DNA from: a virus
Lineage: Duplodnaviria > Caudoviricetes
Strand: one strand, 5' to 3'
IMG/VR virus record: IMGVR_UViG_3300031576_000053
Location: 1-55,612 of that record
DNA length: 55,612 nucleotides
Position numbers and translations under genes: made by a program. The notes beneath the pieces were generated by a model, which saw only the letters and a program-made list of their open reading frames with translations, did no database searches and had not been told where the DNA came from. The stretch's first letter is position 1, and each line of letters opens with the position of its first letter. Of this stretch, positions 9,677-18,369 are shown piece by piece.

Positions 9677-9892
9677 TCAATCCTCCTTTGCCATCTCGAC
9701 CTTGACGCCGTTGCCCATCAGCTCGGCTATGCGCTTCTGTTTCGGGATGCTGACCGGGCCGATGTATTTCGCGGCGATATGGTTCCGCGCCGCCGCTTCG
9801 CTCTTGGCCTCCACCAGAAACGTCTTGTTATAGTCCGATTCCGGAACCGCCTTCGGTTCCGCCGATACCTCATAAATTCTTGTGCGTGTCAT
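9677..9892 (-). CDS. Hypothetical protein
   Basis: AAGGAG RBS upstream. Confidence 0.6.
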   Translation of the reverse strand: MTRTRIYEVSAEPKAVPESDYNKTFLVEAKSEAAARNHIAAKYIGPVSIPKQKRIAELMGNGVKVEMAKED

Positions 9893-9909
9893 CGCTAGCC
9901 CACTCCTTG

Positions 9910-10305
9910 TTAGTAGACTTCAAAGTCCCCGAGGAAGACCCCGAGGTCGGAAATGTAAAACGCCTCAACTTGCTCCATGAACTCGGCGAATCGTTTCTTC
10001 GTGAGGTTGGCGGAACTGCTCAGCACCGCGCGCTCGTCCTTGCCGATCTTGAGGATTTTGCGCGGCAAGAACTTCGCTTTGCAGAATTCGTGCATCTCGT
10101 CGATCGAATGCCCGGTCTCTGCGGCGGCGAGTTGATGTAACGCCCAGAGCCTGCGGTTTGCCTGGAGCGACCGCCGGGGCTGATAGGGCGCGATGCGCAC
10201 ATCCCAAACCTGCCCATCCTTGACGGGGAGCTGCGCGATGACGCGCAGCAGCCGTTCGCGCTTGCCAGCGGCATCGTCGAGAATGAACAGGCGCGCTTCG
10301 GTCAT
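9910..10305 (-). CDS. ninB: NinB/Orf-like recombination protein
   Basis: RRSLQANRRLWAL..MHEFCKAKFL..SSANLTKKRFAEFMEQVEAF. Confidence 0.75.
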   Translation of the reverse strand: MTEARLFILDDAAGKRERLLRVIAQLPVKDGQVWDVRIAPYQPRRSLQANRRLWALHQLAAAETGHSIDEMHEFCKAKFLPRKILKIGKDERAVLSSSANLTKKRFAEFMEQVEAFYISDLGVFLGDFEVY

Positions 10306-11015
10306 GCCGATCTTGAGGCAAGCTGCCGCTCCTCGACCGCCTTGACCCCAGGGATGGCGAGCGCATCCTTCTGCGCCCTGGCAAGTCCATGCAAGGCCGT
10401 CATATTGATTTCGAAGATCCCAAGCCATTCCGGATGCTCGGCTACGTACTTGATTAACGCGGCCTTATCCGTGACCTCGGCTTTCCAGGTCGTTTTCGTC
10501 GTCAGACCGCCGATCTTCGGGGCGGCGGAAGCGATCTCGATCCGATCCGGAATCGCTGCGGCGGTGGCTTGCAGCGCTTCGGCCTTCTCGACTTTGCCGG
10601 CGGCGGCGGCACGGGCGGCTTGGGCCTCCAATTTCTCGCGTTCCTTCCGGGCAGCCTCGGCGGCGACGGCCTCGGCCTCCCGGCGCTTGCGCTCCTCGAT
10701 CTCCTGATAGCCGAGGATACCGCGCTTCACGATCCGTTCGGCCTCGGCCAAGGTATCGGTCGGCCCCTTGAATAGCGCGTTCACCGCCCGCTGAGCTTCG
10801 AGCAGCGGCTTGGTGATCGCGGTGCGTGAACCATCCAGGCGCTTCTGCGCGCCCTTAAGCGCCTTCAGATCCTCGCCCGCGGCCTCGCACATATCGCCCG
10901 TCGTGATGACGGCGTAGGCCTCCCTGGCGCGGGCCAGGAAGGCCGTAGCGCTCTGGATCAAGGCTGGATCGGGGCGGGCGATGATAACGGATTCCGGAAC
11001 GATAACGGCGCTCAT
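10302..11015 (-). CDS. Coiled-coil phage protein associated with the recombination module
   Basis: RTAITKPL..VNALFK..long Ala/Glu/Arg helix..IPGV; directly follows the exonuclease. Confidence 0.65.
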   Translation of the reverse strand: MSAVIVPESVIIARPDPALIQSATAFLARAREAYAVITTGDMCEAAGEDLKALKGAQKRLDGSRTAITKPLLEAQRAVNALFKGPTDTLAEAERIVKRGILGYQEIEERKRREAEAVAAEAARKEREKLEAQAARAAAAGKVEKAEALQATAAAIPDRIEIASAAPKIGGLTTKTTWKAEVTDKAALIKYVAEHPEWLGIFEINMTALHGLARAQKDALAIPGVKAVEERQLASRSA

Positions 11016-11614
11016 GCTGGCTCCTTGAGTAATCCATGCCGAGCGCTCCAATTGTGGACGCTGAGCAGGGACAGAAAAACGGCGAAGTCGGTCTTGTCGG
11101 TGAACGGTTCGAGCCGATAGGTGCCGTCCTGATCAAGCTGCAACGCATAGCGGCGGGCCGACGAACGGATCAGGCCGTCCTCCGATGCGGCGTGGAGATA
11201 TGCGGCGGTCTGAAGTCCTACCGACGGGTTAATACCAGCGGTGCATTTCACGTCGAGCAGGGCCTCTCGGTCGCTCACCATCCCCACGAGATCCAGCGTT
11301 CCGGCGTAGCGGTACTTGCCCGAATAGACCATGCGCTCCGAGAGGAAGCATTCGAACTTGTTCTGTGCCCTGAACGAGTCCCAAGCGAGCAGGTATCCGG
11401 AGATGGCCGGATCTATGCTCGCCTCGTCGAGGTTATCGGTAAGCCCTAATTGGATCGCCGCATGGACGGCTTCCCCGATCTGGCGCTTATGCTCAAGCAC
11501 CTCCCGCCGGATGCCGTCGAAGTCCTGGAGCGGCGCGAGAATTCGCGTCACGTTCGGCACATACCGCCCGTCAAGGCGGTACTCATGGCGCTCGGCATTG
11601 AACTCCAAGCTCAC
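11012..11614 (-). CDS. PD-(D/E)XK exonuclease
   Basis: HEYRLDG..VPNVTRIL..G..VH..E..YAGTLD..LLDVKC..QTAAY. Confidence 0.85.
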   Translation of the reverse strand: MSLEFNAERHEYRLDGRYVPNVTRILAPLQDFDGIRREVLEHKRQIGEAVHAAIQLGLTDNLDEASIDPAISGYLLAWDSFRAQNKFECFLSERMVYSGKYRYAGTLDLVGMVSDREALLDVKCTAGINPSVGLQTAAYLHAASEDGLIRSSARRYALQLDQDGTYRLEPFTDKTDFAVFLSLLSVHNWSARHGLLKEPA

Positions 11615-12450
11615 TCCTTCGCCTCGGTCATTTCCCGTATCCAAGCGGCTACGGCGTTGAACTGCGCCGCGGGGATATTGGCGAGCGTCGCCTTGAATTG
11701 CTTTTCGAGCTGCGCGTCGGTGATTTCCCCCGAGTCCATGCGGGCGCGTAGAATGCGCTGCTGGCCCTCGGAGAACATGCCGTTGGTGCTAACGGTTTCC
11801 TGCGTCTTCGCCTTCCCTGTCTTAGGTTTCGGCTGCCTGACGGGGCGTGGTGCGTCTTGATTCTCGTCTTCCGGTAGCAGTTCTTCCGGCAGGTCTTCGA
11901 TGTCCTGGGTGAAAATATCCGAGGCGGCGGTCACGTTCAGCGTCATTGCGACCTGCGCCCGCTTGCACGCCATCTTGAGGATCGTATTCGCTTGGTCGGC
12001 GCTCTCGGCGCGAACTTGCTTGATCTCGTACTCGGCCCGGTCCTCGCGGCTATAGCCGTGCTTGATCCGGCGCCGGTCCTCTGACATGGCTTCGAATTCT
12101 TTGATGCTCGATGCCTTGCGCCACTTGTATTTTTCCTCCATCGAGGAGCACTCGCCGTACCCCTCGCCCATCACGATTCCGGTCGCTTGATGCGTGCCGA
12201 TGCAGCAGACGCGATAGCGCACGAAGTCCAGACCGCTTAGATCCTCGACGCGGTACGAGGGCGCGATGTGAAACGTCGTGCCGAGAACCTCCGCCCCGGG
12301 CTTCCAGAGCGAAGGCTTCGGGGTACCTGGGATCTTTCCGTAGTGCGTGCCCTCCTTCATTACCGCGGCCATTACCTCCTGGATCAGATTTACCTGCGCC
12401 CGGATTTCGAGCGCAGTTTTCGGTTGTTCATATCTGACGATTTCATTCAT
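11611..12450 (-). CDS. Putative single-strand annealing recombinase (Rad52/Sak-like)
   Basis: HYGKIPG..KPSLWKPGAE..NTILKMACKRA..ASDIFTQDIED; paired with the exonuclease; GGAGGT RBS. Confidence 0.7.
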   Translation of the reverse strand: MNEIVRYEQPKTALEIRAQVNLIQEVMAAVMKEGTHYGKIPGTPKPSLWKPGAEVLGTTFHIAPSYRVEDLSGLDFVRYRVCCIGTHQATGIVMGEGYGECSSMEEKYKWRKASSIKEFEAMSEDRRRIKHGYSREDRAEYEIKQVRAESADQANTILKMACKRAQVAMTLNVTAASDIFTQDIEDLPEELLPEDENQDAPRPVRQPKPKTGKAKTQETVSTNGMFSEGQQRILRARMDSGEITDAQLEKQFKATLANIPAAQFNAVAAWIREMTEAKE

Positions 12451-12754
12451 CTGCCACCTCCTGGGTGAGAGTAATTCGCGTCTATGCACCGCATGATCCA
12501 CGCGCCCCGTCCGGTTGATCCGCGTACCATTGGCGCGGCGCGCAGTTGACACCGAGCGGCGCGGGTCTTGAGCGAGGCACATGGCGCAGCGCCGCAAGCT
12601 CGGTACGCAGCAAGGCGAGCTCCGCCTGCGCGTCGAGGCGGTCGGCGTAATCCATCGGGCCGACGACGGCGAGATAGGCGACGACAAAGGCCGCTGCGAT
12701 GATCCACGGCCAAGGTGAGTAAGACGCGCGGTAATGTTTAAGATCGTCGGTCAT
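12447..12754 (-). CDS. Membrane-anchored small protein with an apparent 1-bp frameshift at 12505-12508
   Basis: Adding one G gives QPDGGAWIMRCID, matching the 7367 paralog, and restores ATGA coupling at 12447. Confidence 0.6.
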
Positions 12755-13104
12755 TGCTCAATCTCACAGACCGTGAACTGCGCCACGGACCCAGCGGGTG
12801 TCGGCCGCGTGCCGTGCCAGACGACCTCTAGCCCCTCCGCCAGGGCGACGTGGTAGCCGATCCAGCGGGCCATCGCGTCCAGCGGCGATTCGACCGCGTA
12901 GGCCGTCTCCTCCGCGTTCCAGGTGACGGTGGCGCGCACGCCGCACAGGGCTTCCGTTCGGCTGATCGTGCGGTCAGCGCCTGGATCGAGCATCAGATGC
13001 GGATAGGCGCGCTGGAGCGAGTCAAGCCGCAGCCAGTCGCAATCGAGGATGGCCCTAAACGCGGCGTCGATCACGCAGGCGTCGTTCGGCAGCGGCTCGG
13101 TCAT
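12751..13104 (-). CDS. Hypothetical protein
   Basis: ATGA coupling on both sides. Confidence 0.55.
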   Translation of the reverse strand: MTEPLPNDACVIDAAFRAILDCDWLRLDSLQRAYPHLMLDPGADRTISRTEALCGVRATVTWNAEETAYAVESPLDAMARWIGYHVALAEGLEVVWHGTRPTPAGSVAQFTVCEIEQ

Positions 13105-13430
13105 GAGTTCCCCTTCATCTCCTGTTCTAGCGCCTCGACCGCGGCCAGGATCTGCGCCCCGGTAAGCGTCCACGCCTTGTCCCGCGGAAGTTGCGCGATG
13201 ATCCGCCACTTGAACGGCTGGTAGAACGCGAGCGCCTTCCGATCATCGCCGAGAAAATCGGCAAGGATCGCGAGCGCGAGCTGGGCTGGACCGGAACCGC
13301 CATATCCATGCGCGAAGCCAGTAGGCGAGTGATTCCGCAGGTCGAGGCGCAGCGGCAGCGGTCGGCTATCGACCACCACGGTGTAGTCATCGTTCTGCAA
13401 CATGCGGTAGAGGGTGGAGATCGTCTTCAT
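13101..13430 (-). CDS. DUF6166-like protein
   Basis: LRNHSPTGFAHGYGGSGPAQLALAILA..YQPFKWRIIA. Confidence 0.75.
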   Translation of the reverse strand: MKTISTLYRMLQNDDYTVVVDSRPLPLRLDLRNHSPTGFAHGYGGSGPAQLALAILADFLGDDRKALAFYQPFKWRIIAQLPRDKAWTLTGAQILAAVEALEQEMKGNS

Positions 13431-13849
13431 ACCAGCCCGCCGTACAACTTCTCCCACTGCGGCAGCCCAACATCAGATAGAAAGCGTTCAATCTGTCTCG
13501 GCGTCATCAGCGGTAGGCGCTTGTATTTCCAAAATCGATGCGGTCCCTCAAGCGAGCGCCGGATCTGCCCAATCATGATGTCCTCGGCCCAACAATGGAC
13601 GATTGGCCGTGCGCCGAAGCGATTGCGGATCGTGCACCGCAGCTCGTGGACGCGGAGCGGTTCCTTGGGTTTCGCCGAGACCGAGCGGAGGCCGCGCGTG
13701 TATGCCTGGCGTGCGCTGATGATCGGCGTGCTGTCCTTTATGATCCTGTGCGCGATGCTGACTGTGCCGCTCTTGCCCTCTGGCAGGTCGATGGGCGACT
13801 TGTACCATGCGGCAAGATAGCCGTTCGCGTTCGCGGGGGCGGAGTTCAC
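13427..13849 (-). CDS. Hypothetical protein, possibly chimeric
   Basis: Coupled overlaps; codon style changes midway. Confidence 0.45.
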   Translation of the reverse strand: MNSAPANANGYLAAWYKSPIDLPEGKSGTVSIAHRIIKDSTPIISARQAYTRGLRSVSAKPKEPLRVHELRCTIRNRFGARPIVHCWAEDIMIGQIRRSLEGPHRFWKYKRLPLMTPRQIERFLSDVGLPQWEKLYGGLV

Positions 13850-14139
13850 CGGAACGCCTCCGGTCGGTCGAGCGCGAGCCGCGCGACCTTCGCGCTCGGC
13901 GCGAAGAGTGTATAGGCGTGCGCGAGCGTGGCGAACCCCTCGGGTGAGTCGTCCGTCACGCGGATCGTGGAGAACCCCGAGCCGTTCCCCGGCGGATGGA
14001 CCTCGACCGAGACGATCGTTGATGCCTCGTCCCAGCTATTCTGTACCAGCTCGCGGAGAATGAACAGCTTCGTCCGGCGGGCGGCAACCTTCGCGAGCCC
14101 GGCGCGATCGACCTCGAACCATCCGGCGCGGGTGTTCAC
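13846..14139 (-). pseudogene. Truncated GHKL/HATPase_c N-terminal fragment
   Basis: LRELVQNSWDE (N box) and IRVTDDSPEG; ends before the remaining G boxes. Confidence 0.6.
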
Positions 14140-14336
14140 GAGACCTCCACAAAGCGCATCGCCGTCTGGAGCAGGTGATCGTAGTCGCCAGCCTTCGACT
14201 CCTTCAGGTACTCGTCGATCTGCTCCTGAGAGAGTCCCGCCTTGCGCATCGCGCGCTGCACTGCGCCCATGATCGCAAAGGCGTTCCCGTCCTCGCCGAC
14301 CAGCTTGACCTTCACCTGCGAGTATTTCGGTTCCAT
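14136..14336 (-). CDS. Conserved small phage protein
   Basis: VKLVGEDGNAFAIMGAV..SKAGDYDHLL; AAGGAG RBS. Confidence 0.75.
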   Translation of the reverse strand: MEPKYSQVKVKLVGEDGNAFAIMGAVQRAMRKAGLSQEQIDEYLKESKAGDYDHLLQTAMRFVEVS

Positions 14337-14431
14337 TGTCTTCTCCTTTTCTGGTTAGTGCGCCGATCGCGGCGCTCGGGGGAGGGTCGGCTCGCGGCCC
14401 TCTCCGGAGCGCCCCTCGCGGGGCGCTTTCC

Positions 14432-14761
14432 CTACGCTGCCACGGCCTCCTTTCTCGCGTTGTCGTCGTTCGCCGGCTCGATCACCGCCAGCGCCTTCTG
14501 GAACGCCTTCACCTTCAGGTCGGAACCGCGCCCGAACCACGCCGAATCCTGCCGCGTGTCGTCGCTGCGGGCGTAGGGGTTGTGGTCCACGTGCTCGGCC
14601 ACCGCCTGCACGAGCCCCCACACCGTCTGACGCGTGCTCTTCTTGTTGGACCCCGTCTGCGCCCCCTTGAACAGCTCCAAGATCTTCGCGAAGCCCCGCG
14701 GCGCGTCGTCCTCGGCCACGCCCAAGAGCTCGCGCAGGAGGGCGCTGGTCAGGTCTCGCAT
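14432..14761 (-). pseudogene. DUF932-like C-terminal fragment
   Basis: TVWGLVQAVAEHVDH..SAWFGRGSDLKVKA, with the N-terminal part missing. Confidence 0.6.
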
Positions 14762-14764
14762 CGG

Positions 14765-15016
14765 CTATTCCAAGCAAAAAGTGTCGAGCATAACCAGCGA
14801 AATGTCCGACATGTTCATCGTCACTTCGTCAATGCGCGGCACCTTCGTTTCGTCCGGCGCTTCCGCCGTGAACGCATCGGCTATCTGGCGCAGGTAAGCC
14901 GCCAGTTCTTTGCGGGACGCCGGGTGCATGTCTGGGACGAGAATACAAATCTCGTTCAGGGCACCCAACACGCTCTGAACATTGGCGTCCAATTTGAGCT
15001 TGGCGGCGGTTTTCAT
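14765..15016 (-). CDS. Hypothetical protein
   Basis: GGAGG RBS; ATGA overlap. Confidence 0.55.
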   Translation of the reverse strand: MKTAAKLKLDANVQSVLGALNEICILVPDMHPASRKELAAYLRQIADAFTAEAPDETKVPRIDEVTMNMSDISLVMLDTFCLE

Positions 15017-15471
15017 GCGGCCTCCCCGAGCTTGGCGAGCAGGGCGCGATTCCGTTCCGCGTCATGGTCGAGACGGTCTGCCGCTTGGTCCTTGGTAATG
15101 CCGTCGTAAGTGCGCGCGTCAATGCGGAGCGAGCGCGCTAGCAATTCTGCGCGCTTCGTAAACTCCGCGAGAGCCGCGACGAGTTCCGGATAGGCGTTGC
15201 AGCGGCGCTCAACTTCGCGTTTCTCATCGAGCGAAAGCGCCTGCGTCAAAGGCTGGTAGCGCCAATCCTTCGCGCTGATGTAGCCGTTTAGGTCAACGGC
15301 GATAATAGGCAGCGGCGTTGCGGGTGTGTGCTTGGTGGTCATGGTCACTTCATCGGCCATCTTGAATGTCAGATTGTCGGATGTCGTCAGGTTCACGCGA
15401 CCTCCCGAAAACGCCGCCATTCCAGCGCGGCGCTTCTCTGCGGTGTCGGGGTAGCTGTCTTTGGCGTTCAT
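15013..15471 (-). CDS. Hypothetical protein, first early gene
   Basis: GGAG RBS; HTPATP..RRCNAYPELVAAL motif seen in small phage proteins. Confidence 0.6.
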   Translation of the reverse strand: MNAKDSYPDTAEKRRAGMAAFSGGRVNLTTSDNLTFKMADEVTMTTKHTPATPLPIIAVDLNGYISAKDWRYQPLTQALSLDEKREVERRCNAYPELVAALAEFTKRAELLARSLRIDARTYDGITKDQAADRLDHDAERNRALLAKLGEAA

Positions 15472-15513
15472 CGGTTTCTCCGTTAGTGCCCGGAACCCCG
15501 GGCTGGTAGGCGA

Positions 15514-15542
15514 ATGTTACGCTCGTTTGCCAGCAAAGTAAA
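15514..15542 (-). promoter_or_regulatory. Leftward early sigma70-like promoter
   Basis: TTTACT-N17-TAACAT on the minus strand. Confidence 0.6.
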
Positions 15543-15615
15543 CCCCATCGCTAAGTCCTTGATCCAGCGAGGGTTTACCACTCGGGTTTACTTTTGCCCA
15601 CAACCAGCGGTAAAC
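15535..15615. promoter_or_regulatory. Operator-like GTAAAC/GTTTAC repeats
   Basis: AAAGTAAACCC (15535-15545) and GGGTTTACTTT (15584-15594) are perfect inverted copies; further copies at 15571 and 15609. Confidence 0.6.
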
Positions 15616-15616
15616 T
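15587..15616 (+). promoter_or_regulatory. Rightward promoter, likely giving a near-leaderless cro mRNA
   Basis: TTTACT-N18-TAAACT about 10 bp before ATG 15626; no RBS. Confidence 0.55.
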
Positions 15617-15625
15617 TGGCACATC

Positions 15626-15853
15626 ATGGCGTGGAAATACGTACACGACCGCGGGGTCGCTAAAGCGGTTACGGTGGCGGGCGGATCAACGGTGGTCGCG
15701 CAAACCCTCGGGATCACCAAAGCGGCAGTGTGGCGCTGGGGGCGCGTGCCGAGTAAACACCTGCACAAGTTCGCTCGGCTTGCAGGAATAAGCGTTCGGC
15801 GGCTACGCCCAGACCTCTACAAACGCAACGGAAAACGGAGGCAAGTAAAATGA
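15626..15853 (+). CDS. cro: Cro/YdaS-like HTH regulator
   Basis: AGGSTVVAQTLGITKAAVWRW..VP..LRPDLY; first rightward gene. Confidence 0.85.
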   Translation: MAWKYVHDRGVAKAVTVAGGSTVVAQTLGITKAAVWRWGRVPSKHLHKFARLAGISVRRLRPDLYKRNGKRRQVK

Positions 15854-16296
15854 AAAGCGAGTCAATACACCGTGTGGCGCGCGCGTTGAACGTGAAAGCG
15901 CGGTACGACACGAAGATCAAGGCCTGGTGGATCGGCGGCAAAACGTTCACCATCGCGGAAGTGGGCAAGATGACCTCTACTGGGCTGCGCAAGTTGTTTG
16001 CGGGTCGCGAAGCCGCGCTCGCATCCCCGACCGAGACGGCAGAACACGAGGCGCAAATTGCTAATGGTAAGCTGGCCAGCAAGCCAAAGGCGGCGGTGAA
16101 GAAGGCCAGCAGCTTTGACGAGGCAGCGAAGATCACGCTCCTCGTTGTTGGCAATCCCAAACGCAAAGACACCGAAGCCAATCGCATTTGGGCCATATAC
16201 CGCCCCGAGCTGACAGTGCGAGAGTTCCTCAAGGCTGGCGGCACTGTAGCTGCGCTGCGCTGGGACATCGCGCACAAGTTCATCGCGCTGGCTTGA
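15850..16296 (+). CDS. Basic protein with an NPKR..LTVREF..GG..LRWD domain (putative DNA-binding)
   Basis: Lys/Ala-rich linker followed by a compact conserved-looking C-terminal domain. Confidence 0.6.
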   Translation: MKSESIHRVARALNVKARYDTKIKAWWIGGKTFTIAEVGKMTSTGLRKLFAGREAALASPTETAEHEAQIANGKLASKPKAAVKKASSFDEAAKITLLVVGNPKRKDTEANRIWAIYRPELTVREFLKAGGTVAALRWDIAHKFIALA

Positions 16297-16302
16297 GAGC
16301 TG

Positions 16303-16950
16303 ATGGAGCTTGTTTGCTTCTCCGCGGGCCGTGCTGGCCGAACGTTGCTGCCATCTAAGTTGCCGCTGGGTATTGCGGGGCGGATGATACTACTGGTGCC
16401 GCACGGCCAACGCGGTGACTACGAGCGCTTCGGCAACCGTAACGTGCAAGAGACACCTGAGGGCGTGACTGGCATTGCGCGGCGCCGACAGTGGTGGCTA
16501 GAACAAACTGCTGCCGATAAACTCGTGATGCTAGATGACGACCTCCGCTTTGACACTCGCCGCGAGGATGATCCAGAGAAGTTTCTCGTGTCAACCTTTG
16601 ACGAGGTATCGCTGCTGTTCCGAGACATAGAGACGCAGCTGGACCGCTTTATCCACTTAACGGTCACGCCGCGCGAAGGCGGCAACCACACCGGAGCAGA
16701 AGGGCGCTACATGGAGGTCGGGCGCGCTACGCGCGTACATGGCTTGCGCCCGCGCCGTATTCGTGAGCTCGGGTGTCGCTACGATCACCTGCCGGTCATG
16801 GAAGACCTTGACATGAAGTTGCAACTCCTACGGCTCGGCCATCCGAACCTGATTGTGAACTATATGGTGCAGGGTCAGGGACAATCAAATGCGCCCGGCG
16901 GGTGCTCCGTGTACCGAACCCCAGAACTCCACGCGCAAGCCGCAGCATGA
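16303..16950 (+). CDS. TAGT/JGT/GREB1-like DNA-base glycosyltransferase, probably C-terminally truncated
   Basis: SAGR..GIARRRQW..VMLDDDL..MEDLDMKLQLLRLG..SNAPGGCSVYR. Confidence 0.7.
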   Translation: MELVCFSAGRAGRTLLPSKLPLGIAGRMILLVPHGQRGDYERFGNRNVQETPEGVTGIARRRQWWLEQTAADKLVMLDDDLRFDTRREDDPEKFLVSTFDEVSLLFRDIETQLDRFIHLTVTPREGGNHTGAEGRYMEVGRATRVHGLRPRRIRELGCRYDHLPVMEDLDMKLQLLRLGHPNLIVNYMVQGQGQSNAPGGCSVYRTPELHAQAAA

Positions 16951-17795
16951 ATTACTACCGAAGGTACGTCGGCGACTACCTCGGCAAGACGATGCGTCTG
17001 TCCACAACCGAGCACGGTGCGTATAGCCTTTTGCTCGACTTTTACTACGCCGAAGAACAACCAATCCCGGCCACGCCGGAGGAAATCTACGTCATCTGCC
17101 GCGCCATCAAAGCGGAGGATCGGCGGGCCGTTGACACAGTGCTGAAGCGATACTTTGTAAAACGTCAAGATGGGTACCACAACTCTCGGGCGGACAAGGA
17201 GATTGCAACCGCAAAGCAAGCCCGCATCAATGGCGCAAAGGGGGGGCGACCAATAACCGGAATTGAAACCGAAACTAAAACCGAGACTGAAACCGGATTG
17301 ATAACAGAAGAGGGGGGCGGATCGCTACATCCACCAACCACCAACCACCAACCACCAGCCTTCAGCCTTCAGCCTTTAACCCGCCAACCTTCAACCAAGG
17401 GCAAAAAGTGTTCCGCCGCGCCTCGCGCGTCGGCCCCAAGCGGCACCGAGACTTGGGAAGCCTACGCTACGGCCTACCTCGTACGCTATAAGATGCCTCC
17501 AGTGCGCAATGCCACCGTGAATGCCTGCATAGTGCAGTTCGTCAAGCGAATCGGGATCGTGGAGGCACCGCAGGTCGCCGCGTTCTACGTGGGGCATAAC
17601 AACGCCTTCTACGTTCGCAAGGGTCACTCGGTCAGTCCGATGCTCTCGGATGCTGAGAAACTGCGGACCGAGTGGGCAACTGGGCGGAAGATCACCGGCC
17701 TGGAAGCGCGCAGCGCGGAACAAAAGGACGCGGTGCGCGAGCAGGTGAAGCGCGTCGCCGAGAACATGGAGAAGGATCATGGCCGAAAAGAATAA
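16947..17795 (+). CDS. Replication initiator, YdaU/DUF1376 family (lambda O analog)
   Basis: MNYYRRYVGDY..LSTTEHGAYSLLLDFYY..NGAKGGRP; internal iterons. Confidence 0.85.
   Translation: MNYYRRYVGDYLGKTMRLSTTEHGAYSLLLDFYYAEEQPIPATPEEIYVICRAIKAEDRRAVDTVLKRYFVKRQDGYHNSRADKEIATAKQARINGAKGGRPITGIETETKTETETGLITEEGGGSLHPPTTNHQPPAFSLQPLTRQPSTKGKKCSAAPRASAPSGTETWEAYATAYLVRYKMPPVRNATVNACIVQFVKRIGIVEAPQVAAFYVGHNNAFYVRKGHSVSPMLSDAEKLRTEWATGRKITGLEARSAEQKDAVREQVKRVAENMEKDHGRKE
17254..17395 (+). repeat. Putative replication origin (iterons) inside the initiator gene
   Basis: Four 12-bp-period (A/T)AACCG units at 17254-17301, then 7-bp CCACCAA/CCTTCAG tandem units from 17331. Confidence 0.7.
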
Positions 17796-18369
17796 ACTCC
17801 TCGAGGCCCTCAGCGTGACCTATGCCGTCGTCGGCCAGGAGATCAGCGACGCAGCGATGGAGATGATCGCGCGCGACCTAGCGCCGCACGATCCGCAGGG
17901 CGTTTTCTTGGCTCTATCACGTTGCCGCAAGGAGCTGCGGAAGATCTCGCTCGCGGACATTCTGCAGCGCATCCCGGGAGGCCATCCGGGGGCGGAGGAA
18001 GCCTGGTCGCTCGTGGCGCGCGGACTCGCCGACGAGGGGCCGACGCTCGTCTGGACGGAGCAGATTCGGGAGGCGTTCGGCGTGGCGCTCGGCCTTACGG
18101 ATGACGCAGTGGCGGCGCGGATGGCGTTCAAGGAATGCTATACGCGGCTCGTCTCCGAGGCGGTGGCGCGGTGCGAGATCCCGCAATGGTCGGCTTCGCT
18201 CGGGCACGACGCCAGCGGAAGGGCGGGGCCGCTCATTGACGCGGCGGAGCGCGGGCGGCTCGCACCGGAGTTCGTGCGCGAGTTCCTGCTATCGCCGGAC
18301 CAAGGCTCGGAGCGGCTGATTGCGTTGTGCGCGAAGTCCGTGAAGGCGATCGAGGCGCCGAAGCCGTGA
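17779..18369 (+). CDS. Putative helicase loader (lambda P analog)
   Basis: ALSRCRKE..LADIL..HPGAEEAW..AARMAFKECY; directly follows the initiator. Confidence 0.6.
   Translation: MAEKNKLLEALSVTYAVVGQEISDAAMEMIARDLAPHDPQGVFLALSRCRKELRKISLADILQRIPGGHPGAEEAWSLVARGLADEGPTLVWTEQIREAFGVALGLTDDAVAARMAFKECYTRLVSEAVARCEIPQWSASLGHDASGRAGPLIDAAERGRLAPEFVREFLLSPDQGSERLIALCAKSVKAIEAPKP

Noticed and set aside
17254-17395. Short tandem repeats as a novel element
   Set aside because: Explained by lambda-O-like origin iterons within the initiator gene.
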